Below are positions 24,646 to 40,298 of a stretch of 64,000 nucleotides of DNA, piece after piece. The notes under the pieces were generated by a model. The model made no database searches and was not told the origin of the DNA. It worked only from the letters and a program-made list of their open reading frames with translations. The position numbers and the translations under genes are program-made. The number at the start of each line of letters is the position of its first letter. Within the stretch, counting starts at the first letter, position 1. Origin of the DNA: the human T2T-CHM13v2.0 reference genome, Homo sapiens. The stretch lies in the NCBI RefSeq assembly GCF_009914755.1, contig NC_060929.1. One strand, written 5' to 3'.

Positions 24646-27600
24646 AGGGAACTCTCAAGCCTCCAAAACTCTCTAGCATCCAAAGAAATTCAATCTAGTG
24701 GTATGAACTGAAGTCATGCAGATATTGGGAGAGAGATTTTAAGGTGGAGAGAGGACCTTCCTTCACACTCTTGGGGTTACCTCCAGGTCAGACCAGTCCT
24801 GGTCTTGTGGGTAGTGACCTTGTTTGCAAGTGAGTCACAGTGAGGACCTATCTCCTTCCCCAACTCCGTCCTAGCGTTGAAGTTGAGCAGGATTAAACAG
24901 GGTGTTGAGTTGTGTCATTCTCCTGCCTCTGCCTGGGGCGGGAAGGGTGACTAGCTCTAGTCTAGGTTGTGGCACAGCTCTGGTGAGAAGAGGGGGAGGT
25001 GGCCTAGCCAGGAGACTTGTTTAGGGTAGGTGTGCACTGACAGGACGTGAGGACAGATTTGAGAGCCCTTCCTAAGGAGGGGACCCTTGTCCCTGGCTCC
25101 CTCTCCCTTCCTCTGCAGGAGTCATCCAACAGTGATGATGAGGGGCATCACCTTTGTTGTTTAAGCCTCCTCCTGTTGGCTCTTGGTGCTACCCAGGGCA
25201 GCTCCTTTTATCCCCATGATACAGATGGGATAGTCGAGGCCTAGAGGGTTGAAGCTGTTTGTGTGGCTGATTCTGGGTCAGAACTCATGATCTCCTGACT
25301 GTGCTCTGCGGTCTTGGCGATTGGCAGATGTGCCTGATTGGCCTCGGAGGGAGTCGTGGAAGGTGGGCACAGCTCAAGAGAGAGAGTGTTCCATTTGCTC
25401 CCTTCCCAGCGGAAAGGCCCTCATCTGCTCCCGCTGGACTGGGTGCTGCTCTGGTTCCTAGCCTGTGGCTTAGTAAGTGCTCAGGAGAAGTCAGTTGAAT
25501 GAGTGAACAGTGTTTGGAGGTATTTCTCAAACATGACTAAACTGCCCAATGCACACAGAACTTGAATCATGACCTGAGTTGCATAACCAGCAGGGTTGTA
25601 TGTTCTGCTGCAGTGGAAAAGGACTGAATTTCTATCCGGGTGGGAAAGAAAGATAAAGCTCTGTCAACTGAGGCATCTTATGGTGGACCTACCACTGCTA
25701 CTTCCACGTCATCTATATCAGCCCTGGGTACTCTTGACCACTTCACCTGTGTAGATCCTCATCTTGGCCTCATTGGTTGTTCTGTCCCAGGGAAGAAATG
25801 TTGACTTAAAAAATAGGCTGGCCTTCTGGGATATTCTTCACTGCAGCAGCCCCATATTCAAGGTATGATGAGGTGGGGGTGAGAAGATGTGCTCTCTGAA
25901 GGACCTTCTAGAAAGAAAAGTCAGTGGCTTCCATCAAACCAGGAGCTTCCCACATGGTCTCTATGTGGTTGGCTGTGGGAGCGTCCAGGGTACCTGTTCC
26001 CTTCAGTGGAAAAGCAAGCCAATTAGCTTCTTTGGGCCCTGGGCCTCTTTTAAGATTGTCCTGGGTCATGGGCCAAGGCTGTGGTCTGCGCAGCTCAGAG
26101 TTCTTCCCAAGCAATGCCTTGGTTCAACTGGTGGAGCTTTTTGGAAGGAGGAAACCGTGGACTTGACGGCATTTGGCAGGTAAACCGTAGGTGCTTGGAT
26201 GATTTTTAGAATTGGTATTGGGACCACAAGGGCAACACGTGTCCATCGTATACTAATATGTGCCACAGCCTCATGATAGACACAGGGCCTGGAGCTCGAG
26301 CATTGAGGAGGGAGTCCAGGTGTGTCTCCTCTGTTATGCCAGGCAGCTGACTCCCACTGGCAGCATTTTCCCAGGGCAGAGACCCACACTGTGCCAGGTC
26401 CTGTCCTGCTGACAGGCTACAGTGTAGGGCTCATAGAGCCAGCCCCCAAGGTCATGAGGACAGGGGAGACAGTTTACCACATACCAGGCCAATGATCAAG
26501 GTATCAACTCATCACAACCAGATTTGGTTTTATCTTGCAGAAATTTCAAAATTGAGCAAGATTTCAAAATAGTTATTTCACAGAGGTTTCAAAATGGGAA
26601 GACCTAAAGCCCTATCCTGTCAGCCTATCCTGGCCTGAGCTAGGCCAGGGTGCTGTCTGGCTCCTAACTCCTGTCTTTTCTCCCCAACCTCTTGCTACAG
26701 CTCTGTAGGATTGGGCTCCAGGTACTAAATCCTGCCTGATCTTGGGAAGGGATCATAAGCCATGTGCATAACAGCATGTCCTGAGAAAGGGCCCAGGGCA
26801 TCATCTTCTGCCGTGTACAGCAATCTCTGTTGGTGGCTGGGGCACTGACCTCAGATCCAGGCTTGGGCACCAGTTCCCACTTGACTGAGTGGTCTTGGGG
26901 AAGTCCCTTCACCTGCAGGCGTTGGTCTTCCTACCTGGACAACAGTGGCGATGGTGGGTTGCACCAGAAAGTCTCAGCCAGTCTGTGGTTCCAGGCTCAG
27001 TATCCTCACACAGTGGTATGCTCGTCCCCATTTTCTAGCTTAAGCCATCACGCTTCCTAGATTGCACCTGGCTATGCTGGAACAAATCCAGCCCCACTGG
27101 GAAGCCTGCTTTCCTTGTCTACTCCAGCACACAGTGATTTTCCTTCCTTGTGATTTCCATTGACCCATTCACTGGACACACTTCCTACCTTGTGCTGTAA
27201 TCTCTCTCTCTCTGTCTCTCTTCTCTCTCTTTGTAAGTATGTTTTCTCCATCAAGATTGGGAGCCCAAGTACTTCCCGCCTCCATGGCATGTGGACATAC
27301 TTGGAATCCACAAACATGACAAATAACTCAGAATCATGGTGATCTAGGGAGTGAAGTATCCTGTGCATCATATATTTTTCCTTGGGTTCTAACAGCTTTC
27401 CTTGGGGCCTAGCATGAAGTGATTTTGGTGGTTCCTCATCATGCCTGCAATTGTGTGGTCTTTTCCGCCTGAGGGTTGCCACAGTGTAGCTGCCCTCTAT
27501 CCTGAGGTGCCCAGGGACTAGTGAAGGACAGGAATCGGGACAGGGCCCCTTGGGTCCCACTGCACAGATTCCCATGTGCTCACTGCTCCCCAGCCCTTCC

Positions 27601-29389
27601 TGGAGGCAGGCGTGGGATGGGTCTGGAGGGAACAAGGACAGCTAAGTCATTGCCATGGATTTAACCGGCTGGCTGGGCCCATATATGCACAGATTGTGGG
27701 GATGTGGACTCCTCCTTCCCATGCTGGAAATGGGCCCCAGAAAGCTACCACCTGCCACTTCTGTTGGGCGGGCGGGAAGAAGCTTGCACCATAGATACTG
27801 TGAAGTCTGCAGGTTTCACTCGGTTGGGATTTGTCATCTGGCAAACAGTCAAGTATCTGCCATACCTGGCCGAGTCAGCTGCAGCCTTCATGGCCAATCC
27901 GCATGATGAAGTATCCAGTCAAGTTTTGGCAATTCCAAAGGTGTGGCAATCTTGGTTGCAAGGGGCCAGTGGGGAGCATTGCGACAGAGGCCCTTGTGCT
28001 GGACCTGCAGGACGCCCCAGGAAGAAGGTGGAGGGTGGAGGGCACCCTTGACAGTTGACATCTGTGTCAACAGCGCCCAGTGACACACCGGGGGAGGACG
28101 AGCCTGCACTTGGCAGGCCAACAATGAGCTGATTGATGCAATGAACTTTCCCCTCAAAGGCCCCACCACTGCCTGGGGAGCCTGGGCCAATGGTGGTCTG
28201 CCTGCTTCCCCTGTAGGGATCCGCTGGCAGCCTCAGAGCAGGGAATGGGGGTGGGTATTGGCTCCTGATGGGGTCAAGACTTGTCCAGGATCCTCTAGGA
28301 GCCTGCTGTGGAGTAAGGAGAAGGCTGGCAGCTCCTGGACATGCAGGAACAAAGGCCTGGGAGAAATGAGTGGTGTATGAGTGGGAGTGGCTGGGCCCTG
28401 GGTGGGTGATGTGTCTACGGTGCCTCCCACCTGGCATGAGGAGGGAGGAGCTTCATGAGCTGCTGGGGAGGCAGGTATGTTTGTCCTCCCATAAAATGTG
28501 GCCCAATTTATAGGGGTTGCAAATGTTCCCTAGAAACCTTACCCATACTGCACATCTGGGCTCAGTTCAGCACTGGGGATGAAAACCTTGGCCCTTCTTC
28601 TTAGACCCTGTCCCTCCTTCTCCATGTATACATGCATGTGTGTGCGCACACACACGCTCTACCTTGCCAGCTGAGGTTGTATGATTCATGTTGCTGGGGA
28701 GCTCAGACTACTCAAGGCCATGGTGCTGGGAGACTCCATATCTGGGTACGGATATTTAGTCTAAGCAGGCCTCAGGTCATGGGACCCTCTAGTTGACTCT
28801 GCTAACAAAGACTTCTCCACCTACTTTTTTTTCTATGCTGTATCCCCAGATGAAGCAAGCCCAACAGACCTAGGTTACTCAACAGGGCCCTTAAAACAGG
28901 TCATTGCCTCTCTCAGGGTCTCAGTGTTACCACCTGCTCAATGGGGCAATAGTGTTGGCTCAGTATGGATCTTGGGATTGTGTGAGTTTCCAGAGAAAAA
29001 GGGGAGAAGGTCCTTTCAGAGCTGAGCAGAAGACTAGAATTCTCCAAAAATCCAAGTTTGTCTAGCCCAACTCCTATTTGAAACCTTTCAAGGCTCCTTC
29101 AATGGTAACATTCAATGATTATTTTCAGGAGAGAGGCCAAAATGCTTATCAGAATCCACCCTCTGCTTATCTCAGTTCTTCAATGCCACACTATTTCCCT
29201 GTCCCCTTGTTTTCTACATTCCATCCATGCTGGCCTCTTTCTTAATATCTGACATACAGAGGCCTCATGGTGGGATAGAACGCGGAGACTATTGGCTTCT
29301 TTGCTGGGAATGCCTTTCTTCCTACATCCCTCTCTTTTTCCTTTCCATCTGGTTAACTCCTGTTCATCTCTTGGTTCTTAGAGCAGTTG

Positions 29390-30690
29390 TCCCTGTAGAT
29401 ATTTTCTACCTTGTTTTTTATTTTTTTATACATCATAAACATAATTTTTTTAATAGACTCTGAGAAAATTCTGTTATCTGAAATGTAAATCTGTTTCAGT
29501 ATTTTGATTCATGATGTCTTATTTCCTTGTGTGCCTGGTTATTTTTGACTATGTGCTGGTCATTAATGCTAAATTATTTTAGAAATAATTCATTCAGAGA
29601 GGATTTTATTTGCTTCCTCTGGGCTGTGGAGTGCTGTCTGTTAATTTAAACATGAGATTCATTTAACTCTCGGGTTATTTGAACAGGAGCTACAGGCTCA
29701 CAAGAGGGCTAGTTTATTTGTAGTTCACCCTCATGCTGGGAGTAAACCCCTTTATGGGCTCATTTTACATAGGTGGAATTGACACTTTGACTTTTGTACC
29801 CCTCATTTTAGAAGGTCACCACCAACTTCTTCCAGATCAGAAAATGTCCTCAGGGCTAATGTGGCTTTGAAGGTTTGGCTTATTTTTTTATGTCCTCACG
29901 TTTTTATAAATTTTGGTGTGGTAATTCTTAGCCATGTTATAGCTTTTTGATTCTTTTGAGAAAATTGAATTTATTCAGACTTTTTCAGGTATCCTCTGTA
30001 GGAGGTTGGTTCAAGTTCACTAGCTCCTCCTAAGGGAGCAGAAGTCTCTTGGTATAATTGTAACTTCTCTAAGGAAGCATTCTCTGACTTCCCACATGGA
30101 TCTGGCTTCCTAGTTATGTCTTCTACTGATAAAATGAGGCTATCTCCTTACGAGTTCTCACAATGGTTGTACTAATCAGTTCGTCTGTATGGTTATTTGG
30201 TTAACACCTCTATCTCTACCTCCAGACTGTAAGTCCATGCAGGCAGGGGCGGGGCAGATGCCTATGCCTGTTTTGGTAACCATTGTATCCCGAGCACCTA
30301 AAGCAGACCTTGATGTGTTATGTACTCAAGGATTACTTATGATTGGAATGACTTCTACTTCCTTTACTTGGTCCAGCAAGTTTGTTTCTTGTGTACCCTC
30401 TTTTTTGCCATTACTTTAAATATGCAACTCAGTTATCCTCTACTTCTACCTTATATTTTTGATCCCTCAGAAATCAAGATGACCCTAAAATGCACGTGGT
30501 AGTTAACAACATGAGCTTTACATTCAGAGAGTTCTGAGTTTGATCCTTGCTTCTTCTTAGCTATGTGGTATTATTTGAGTCTCTTAAACTCTCTGAGCTT
30601 CAATTTCCTCATCTATAAATCAGGAAAATAATCATGTCTATTTTATTAAGTTGGTTTTAAGATCAAATAAAATGATGCTTAGCATAATGG
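29390..30690. mobile_element. Degraded L1M, L2 and MIR relics
   Basis: AT-rich L1-like text, then ccagactgtaagtccatgcaggcaggg (L2) and ctctctgagcttcaatttcctcatctataaa (MIR). Confidence 0.5.
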
Positions 30691-31109
30691 GTGACTTTGG
30701 TGGGTGAAATGAATTGGCACTCAGATCCATACCACCCTCCTTCTAGTAAACCTTGCATACAAATGTTAAAAAGTATATGTCTCAGATTCCCTATGCCAAA
30801 AGTATGAATGCAGATGGGTTCTATCAGTTAGATGTATGTGTGTGAGATTTGGAAGGCAGATATGAAGTAGAGACTGTCTTCTGTCTTGGCAACAAACATA
30901 GCAACAGTAAACATGGTCATACAGCTGTTGAATTTTCCATGTTGGAGTTCTAGTGTCTGGTCTCTAGTTGTGTGGGTATTAAGAGGCAGTCATGGTAGTG
31001 ACAGCACTTTTATACCCCTGGATTGTAGTTGTGGCAGTGTGTTCTTGATGTCAAGTAGTTGCAGCGGCAGCTTTTTGATTCCTTACTAAATCAGGTATGG
31101 GTCATTGTC

Positions 31110-33165
<2,056 letters not shown>

Positions 33166-33616
33166 CTGACTTCCAAATTGGCAAGTCAGCTCAGTGGGAT
33201 TCTGGAAGTCATTCCCAGGGGCCCACCTAGAGCCCATTTTCTAGCCCTTTCAATGATTTTGTAAGCATCCAGTCTCCTGACCATGGGTACGTTTTTTACC
33301 CTCTACAGGCTGCCATTTCTCTATCTGTAAAATGGGGTGATGATGACGTAGTCCCTAAGTAGCAGTGGAGAGCACAGAGGATACTGATTTATCTCCCAAA
33401 CCCAAGGCAGGCATGCTGTGGGGACTGAGCAGCTGCTAGCCAAGAGTGCCTCAAGGAGGTGGCATGGCAAGGGCAGTGAGGAGTCCCTGGAGTGTCTGGA
33501 GCTTATGGGAAGGGTGGAGGATATTGAACATCTACTACATGTTGGGCACTGTGCTGAGCTTTTTTCACAACAGTTATATTATTTAACTTCATCTGTGATG
33601 AGTGAAATGCTCTATT

Positions 33617-33786
33617 CTGTGCTGTACAATATGGTAGCCAACAGCATATATGTGGCTATTGAGCCCTTGCAGTGGGAGTGGTGTGACTGAAGAACTAAAT
33701 GGTCAATCTTATTTAGTTTCAATTAGTATTCATTTAAATTTAAATGGCTAAGGTGACTAGATGCTACCATATGAGACGGCACAGCT
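33617..33786. mobile_element. MER3-like hAT MITE
   Basis: ctgtgctgtacaatatggtagcca..atttaaatttaaatggc..gctaccatatgagacggcacag, near-palindromic ends. Confidence 0.75.
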
Positions 33787-35087
33787 CTTACAGGTTACAT
33801 TGCCCAGGGTCTTAACTTAGCATGTGACAGAATTAGGGCCATAATGAGAGAGGGGTTTGGAGTTGGGCAGTTCTGGCCATGTGGCCGCTTCCCTCTGACT
33901 TCAGCCCCAACCTTGAACATTTCCACTCCCTCTGCTGTTCGACCATGGGCTAGCACAACCCCTGTAAGCCTTCTGTGTAACCCTCCTGCAGCCATCCCTC
34001 TGGAGTTGGGGTCTGTTCCAGTCAGGGAGCTGGCAGGAGATGAGGGTGTGTAGGGTGGCAGAAGTGCCCAGGCTAGACACAGGCTCTGGATGCCAGTACT
34101 GAGACACATGGCGACACTTTTGCTCTACGTGAGCTGTGGCACAGTCCTAGAGCCTGCTTTCCCAGGCGCTACCACATGTCACTTGTCAGTTCAGAGTCAC
34201 TGGTGTTTGTCCTCTTGGGGTCTCCTTTTCCACGGTGCCCACATAATCACCTTCCTTGGCACAGGGAAGAGTAGGTGGTGTCATAGGGTGGAGGCTGGCA
34301 GTGCAGTGCCGTGCGGACTTGTGGCACTAGAGACATCAGAGCCTCCAGGCTGCTCATCTCCGAGCCCCTGCCTGTGCTCCATGGGTGGCTTGTCAGAGCT
34401 GAGGAGCCATGTGTGATGGGGAAGGACCTGTGGTTGGTGAGCGTAGGGATCCTGGCAGAGTCCCCCCAAACATTTGCCCAGGTAGAGGTTTCAAGCCTAT
34501 GGTTTAGGGGATGTGCCTGAACTAATCCTGTTATTAGCTGGATTATCTCTTCAAACTGAGAACCAGCTCCTGTGGGTCCCAGGTGAAACGCTCAGTCAGG
34601 AGCCAGAGTGACACGCCCCACCCAGGGCATGTGCTCGGTGTCAGTGAGCCTGCCGCCTGAGTGGCACCCAGGCAGGCTTCTGCTCCTGCTTCAGCCACTA
34701 GTTGTTCCACTCATTCATTCATCCATCAAACAGTTCCTGGTGCTAGCTGGGCACCAGGCCTGGAGCTGGGTGCTTGAGACCCAAAGGTGAACTACACCAG
34801 ATAGAGTCTCGTGGACTTCACAGTTTAGAAAGGCAGACAGAGACAAGTGGAAGACGGAAAAATGGTAAAAGAGAGGTAGGTACAGAGAGATGGGACACTC
34901 AGGACCAGAGGCTGAGATGGGGCTGGAGAGGTGGACAGGGACCAGAAAGTGTGGAGGCCCCAAGGGTCCCACTAAGGCCATTCCAGAGGTGATGGAGTCC
35001 CTGGCACATTTGAGGAGCAATGTGATCAGATGTCGAGTTGAGGGTGCAGACTAGTGTCAGGGTGAGACCACTGAGGAGGTGGGCTGT

Positions 35088-35660
35088 TCATTCATTTGTT
35101 AATTTCTCATTCAGCCAATATTTGAGTTTCTGTTATCTGCCAGGCCCTATTCTAAGAGCTAATGCTATATCACCAAACATATAGACAACCATCCCTGTCC
35201 TCAGGGAACTTACATTCTAGGAGAAAGAAGGGTTGAAGGGAGAGACGGAGAGATTGGGGTTGGGGAGGGAAGAGAGGAGGAGAGGGAGGAAAAGGAGAAG
35301 AGAGAATGAGAATGCACAACTGTAATAAATAAGTGGATGATGTAGTATGCTAGAATGTAAGAAAGGCTACAGAAAACAGCAGGCCTAGAGGTTTAGGAAA
35401 TGCTGGGGGTACACAGGGTATGTTCTGTCCCATGAGACGGTGAGATTTGAGCATAGACTTAGAGGTAGATGTTATTTGTGTAGAGAGGGGCAGGAGCAGG
35501 GTATTTCCAGATCATGAGAAGGGCAAAAGCAGAAACCATAAGGCAAGAATGTGTCCAGTGTGTTTCAGGAACAGCAGGGGAGGCCAGTATGCTTAGAGTG
35601 ACGCCGTCATGGAGGAGAGGCACAGACAGGGCAGAGAGGTGAGGGGTGCAGATCACAGAA
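35088..35660. mobile_element. L2 fragment containing a GA-rich tract (about 35220-35310)
   Basis: ttcattcatttg..tgccaggccctattctaag..ccctgtcctcagggaacttacattctag; gaggccagtatgcttagagtg. Confidence 0.7.
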
Positions 35661-35664
35661 CTCC

Positions 35665-37373
35665 CAGGGGCTTTGTGGATAGTGTTCAGAGGATCTCTGA
35701 ATGGGATTCAGATTCCCACTTGGATGGAAAAAAAAATCACATCTTTATTTTTAATTTTCGTTAGACTTTAAGTGAAATTTAGTACACCTTTTGATTGAGA
35801 ATGTAGGCAATAAGAAAAAAAACCCTAACAGAAAGCAAAACACAAAAAAACTCCCACAGAAGTATAGAGTTACTTGTGACTTTGTCAACAATAGAAACTA
35901 TAGATTTTTTTTTTAATTTTGGTTTTGTTTATTGTGGTAGAATACACATAACATAAGATTACCATTTTAACTATTTTAAAGTGCACAATTCAGTGGCTGT
36001 AAGTATGTTCACAATGTTACGTCACCATCACCATTATCTAGTTCCAGGAACTTGTTACCACCCCAAATGGAAAGCCTTTTCTTTTCTCTTTTTTTCTTTT
36101 CTTTTCTTCTTTTCTTTTTCTTTCCCTTTCCCTTTCCCTTTTGCTTTCTTTTCTTTTCTTTTCTTCTTTTTTTTTTTTTAAAGTATACTTTAAGTTCTGG
36201 GATACATGTGCAGAGTGTGCAGGTTTCTTACATAGGTATACACATGCCATGGTGGTTTGCTGCACCCATCCACCCATCATCTACACTAGGTATTTCTAAT
36301 AATGCTATCCTTTCCCTAGCCCCCCACCCCCTGACAGGCCCCGGTGTGTGATGTTCCTCTCCCTGTGTCCATGTGTTCTCATTGTTCAACTCCCACTTAA
36401 TGAGTGAGAACATTCGGTGTTTGGTTTTCTGTTCCTGTGTTAGTCTGCTGAGAATGATGGTTTCCAGCTTCATCCATGTCCCTGCAAAGGACATGAACTC
36501 ATCCTTTTTTATGGCTGCATAGTATTCCACGATGTATATGTGCCACATTTTCTTTGTCCAGTCTATCATTGATGGGCATTTGGGTTGGTTCCAAGTCTTT
36601 GCTATTGTGAATAGTGCTGCAATAAATATACTGTGCATGTGTCTTTATAGTAGCATGATTTATAATCCTTTGGGTATATACCCAAGTAATGGGATTGCTG
36701 GGTCAAATGGTATTTCTGGTTCTAGATCCTTGAGGAATCGCCACACTGTCTTCCACAATGGTTGAACTAATTTACACTCCCACCAACAGTGTAAAAGCAT
36801 TCCTATTTCTCCACATCCTCTGCAGCATCTGTTGTTTCCTGACTTTTTAATGATCCCCATTTTAACTGGCGTGGGATGATATCTCATTGTGGTTTTGATT
36901 TGCATTTCTCTAATGACCAGTGATGATGAGCTTTTTTCATATGTTTGTTGGCTGCATTAATGTCTTCTTTTGAGAAGTTTTGGTTCATATCTTTCACTCA
37001 CTTTTTGATGGGGTTGTTTTTTTTTTCATGTAAATTTAAGTTCCTTGTAGATTCTGGATATTAGCCCTTTGTCAGATGGATAGACTGCAAAATTTTTCTA
37101 GAAGAAAACCTATGCAATAAACAGTTTGCTAACTATTTCAGATATCTTGAAATATTTCTGCTTATCACTACTTTGAAATTACAATGCCCATGAGATCTTA
37201 CTATTTAATGCATGTGCATAACAATATCACAAAAAAACATTATTTCAGTGTAACTGGTTTCATTTTAATGCTATGTAAGCTTTATGCATCTAAAACATTT
37301 CTCTGAGACAAGGTCCATAGGCTTCCCCAGACTGCTAGGGGTGTCCCTGGCTCAAAGATAGTGAAGAACCTGT
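35665..37373. mobile_element. hAT-Charlie (Charlie4-like) element split by nested L1 insertions
   Basis: ggatggaaaaaaaaatcacatctttatt..gtgactttgtcaacaatagaaa (left part) and cagatatcttgaaatatt..ggtccataggcttccccagactgc..gaagaacctg (right part). Confidence 0.65.
36078..37099 (-). mobile_element. 5'-truncated L1PA (about PA7/8) with ~100-bp tail degenerated to (CTTT)n/(CCCTTT)n
   Basis: ORFs 36228-36638 and 36660-36905 translate L1 ORF2 C-terminus ([33 protein letters not shown]). Confidence 0.96.
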
Positions 37374-37471
37374 GATGCCGAATCTGCTAACCCACCTTAA
37401 GAACTTGGGCTTTGAGGGAAATGAGGAGCTGTTGCGGGATTTTGAGCATAGGAATGAGGTCTGACTTAGGC

Positions 37472-37766
<295 letters not shown>

Positions 37767-39312
37767 TCTGACTTAGGTTTTTAAAGCATGGCTCTGGCTG
37801 TTCTGTTGCACCAAGACAGGTGGGGACTGGGGAGGAGGCTGTTACAATGAGCCAGGTCAGAGATGGGGGTGGCTCAGGCTAGGGCAGCAGCAGTGGAGGG
37901 TGTGAGGAGGACATGAGTGCTGGATGATTTTGGAAAGAGAGCCATAGGAATTGTTGCTAGGTTGCATGTGGGGTGTGAGGGGCATTGAGAATGACTGGCT
38001 GCAGTGGTCTGGCTGCCCCAAAAGTTGGAGCCCTGCTCAAGAAGGTTTCCCAGAGGATTTGACATTTGAGCTGGACTTAGGTGGTGATTGGCTGGCTGTG
38101 CTGTGAGTTCTGCAGGGTATGTGCCTCATCTTCCCACCCTGGCAGCTTGCCTAGGACCCACCATCGGTCCTCATAACATATCAGTCCAATGCCGGACAGA
38201 AGGTGGAGGCTCCATGGCGTTCTTGGGTTTCTAGCTTGGGTGCTAGGATGGATGACTTTGCAGTGACAGAGTTCCTGCTATTCAGTGAAGAACAATGGGC
38301 AGAGACATTTGGTGATATTTAAACTCCAGGCTTCAGCCTAGGCTGAAAGTGAAAAGGAAGCTTTCTTTAGCTTCTCAGTTCTCTGTTTAGCTGGGACGAC
38401 TGATTGATGGCAGTGGTTTTAATAACTCAGTAAACCAGGGCTACTCCATGCAGGATGAATTTGGTTGAGATGTAAATATTTTATATCAGAGTATTAACTG
38501 CTTATTAAAAGTGTATTGAGATTTATATGTTATATGGATATAATTATAGACACCACAGAGGGGTCATTTGCTTGTTGGAAACATCTCTAACAGAGCTGTT
38601 AATCCGGAAATGTGCGTCCTGCAGTCAGCTGGACTTTAGGTAGAACATTTTCCCTGTCTTATTAAGCAGAAATTAAACACAGGTATAAATGCTGCTGAAA
38701 ATGCAGCTCTATTTTCTGGACCCACCACATGCAGATCACGTGGAACTGCCAAGCCTTGATGTGGCTCCCCTGAGATAGAAGAGGCTGTTCTGTGGCCACG
38801 AGGTCTTCACAGCTCATTGTGACAGGGGGCACCCAGGGGAAAGTTGGGGCAGCTTGGCTCTTCCAGTGGGAGCAGGCTGACAGCCCAGGTATGGGGGAGG
38901 AAGGATCCTGCCGCTGAACTCTACACCCAGGGCTCGGGATGTGTTGACCCCTTCTTCTTGCAGCTTGGAGAAAGTTGCCACACTGTCTGGGGGCAGTTTG
39001 GAACCTGATGCAGGTAAGTGGGCAATATACAGTTTTTTTGAGCTGAGCATCTAGAACTTTCTCTGTATGAAAAATTCAATCTGTACAAAATTTGGGGCAG
39101 GTGATCCATGGGAAAACATACATCTCTTGAATGACAAAAGGGTGTTGAATTTAGGGGGCAGCTTAGAGCACATCCACTCATCTAGCATGCTGAGTGCCAG
39201 GCACCATTGCCAGGCACTGGGGATACAGCAGGGAGTGAAAGAAAAATCCCTGCCTTCATGGAGCTTATATCCTAGGGGTAGGGGGGCGGGGGGAGGCAAA
39301 TAACAGATAATA

Positions 39313-39447
39313 TGGGAGGATCGCTTGAACCCAGGGGTTTGAGGCTGCGGTGAGCTGTGATTGTGCCACTGCATTCCAGCCCATGTGGCAGAGTGAGACC
39401 CTGTCTCAAAACCCCAAAACAAAGAAAAACAGACAAATAAACAAATA
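39313..39447 (+). mobile_element. AluJ/FRAM right-arm monomer within an L2 relic
   Basis: tgggaggatcgcttgaacccagggg..gaggctgcggtgagctgtgattgtgccactgca..A-rich tail. Confidence 0.85.
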
Positions 39448-40298
39448 ATGTGTCCAGAGATCAGGCTGCACTTAAGAGTAGTTTTGTCTACCAAATCTAA
39501 GTGATTTCTGTATTTTTTTGGATTAAATTTTTTTTGTTTGGTTTAAATCCACACACAGACACATGTCTGTGTGTCACAATGGTCATATCTTGGTTTTCTG
39601 GAGAATGGGCAGTCCTGGCTCTGGAGAGCCCACCAGCTTCCTTTTACTGTTCTGCATGGAAATCTTTGCATAATGTTTTGTTGTGTTCCATATTCTGCAT
39701 TTCAGAAGGCAAGAAAGATTGTAATGTGCTTTTGTGGCACGTCCAGGTCCCCATGCCTGTTCTGGGCTGTGGTCCAGGGCTACCCTCTGAGGGTGAGGTG
39801 TACAGTTTGTCCTGCACTAAATGGTCCCGGGGGCTATTCTTCTGTTGTCCTTGGGTCTGCTTTTTATAGTTTCCTCTGTCCTCCCTGTTGGCAGGCTGTC
39901 CCTCCCAACTTGAGCTCTCTCATCCTTTCTTCATGTCCAGATACTTCCAGCATGCACAGGGAAACAGTCAAACATTGACTGGTGTCTTCAAAGAGAAAGC
40001 TAGTTAGCAAATTGAAAAACATCTTCATCATTTTTGCCTTCGTGTTCCACGCCTAGTTTATGAGCAGTCTTAGACTGTGGACAGAGGCACATCCGTGTAC
40101 AGTGCTGAGGGACCTTCCCCTGGTCACAGCAGCTGTGGAAATGGCGCAACGGGTGGCTTTTCCAGGGGACACTTCTGGAACAGAGCTGGGGGAACATGAG
40201 ATGCTGTGGAGTTGAACGGGTGGAGCAATGGACCCAGTCGCGTAGAAAGGGCATGTTTCTGCTGCAAAGCGACCCTTCAGCATCTTGGTCTACGTCCT

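Noticed and set aside
27790-28170. Possible processed pseudogene (SDR-like VDICVNSA and EALVLDL, ankyrin-like GRTSLHLA, AT-hook-like GRPRKK)
   Set aside because: The motifs are in different frames and suggest unrelated families, with no poly(A) or TSD. A BLASTX/HMMER hit would be needed to revive it.
38332-38347. Perfect 16-bp palindrome TTCAGCCTAGGCTGAA
   Set aside because: About one is expected by chance in 64 kb (64000/4^8).
40100-40290. CpG-containing stretch with overlapping - strand ORFs
   Set aside because: No recognisable protein or RNA family and no convincing splice or retrocopy signals.
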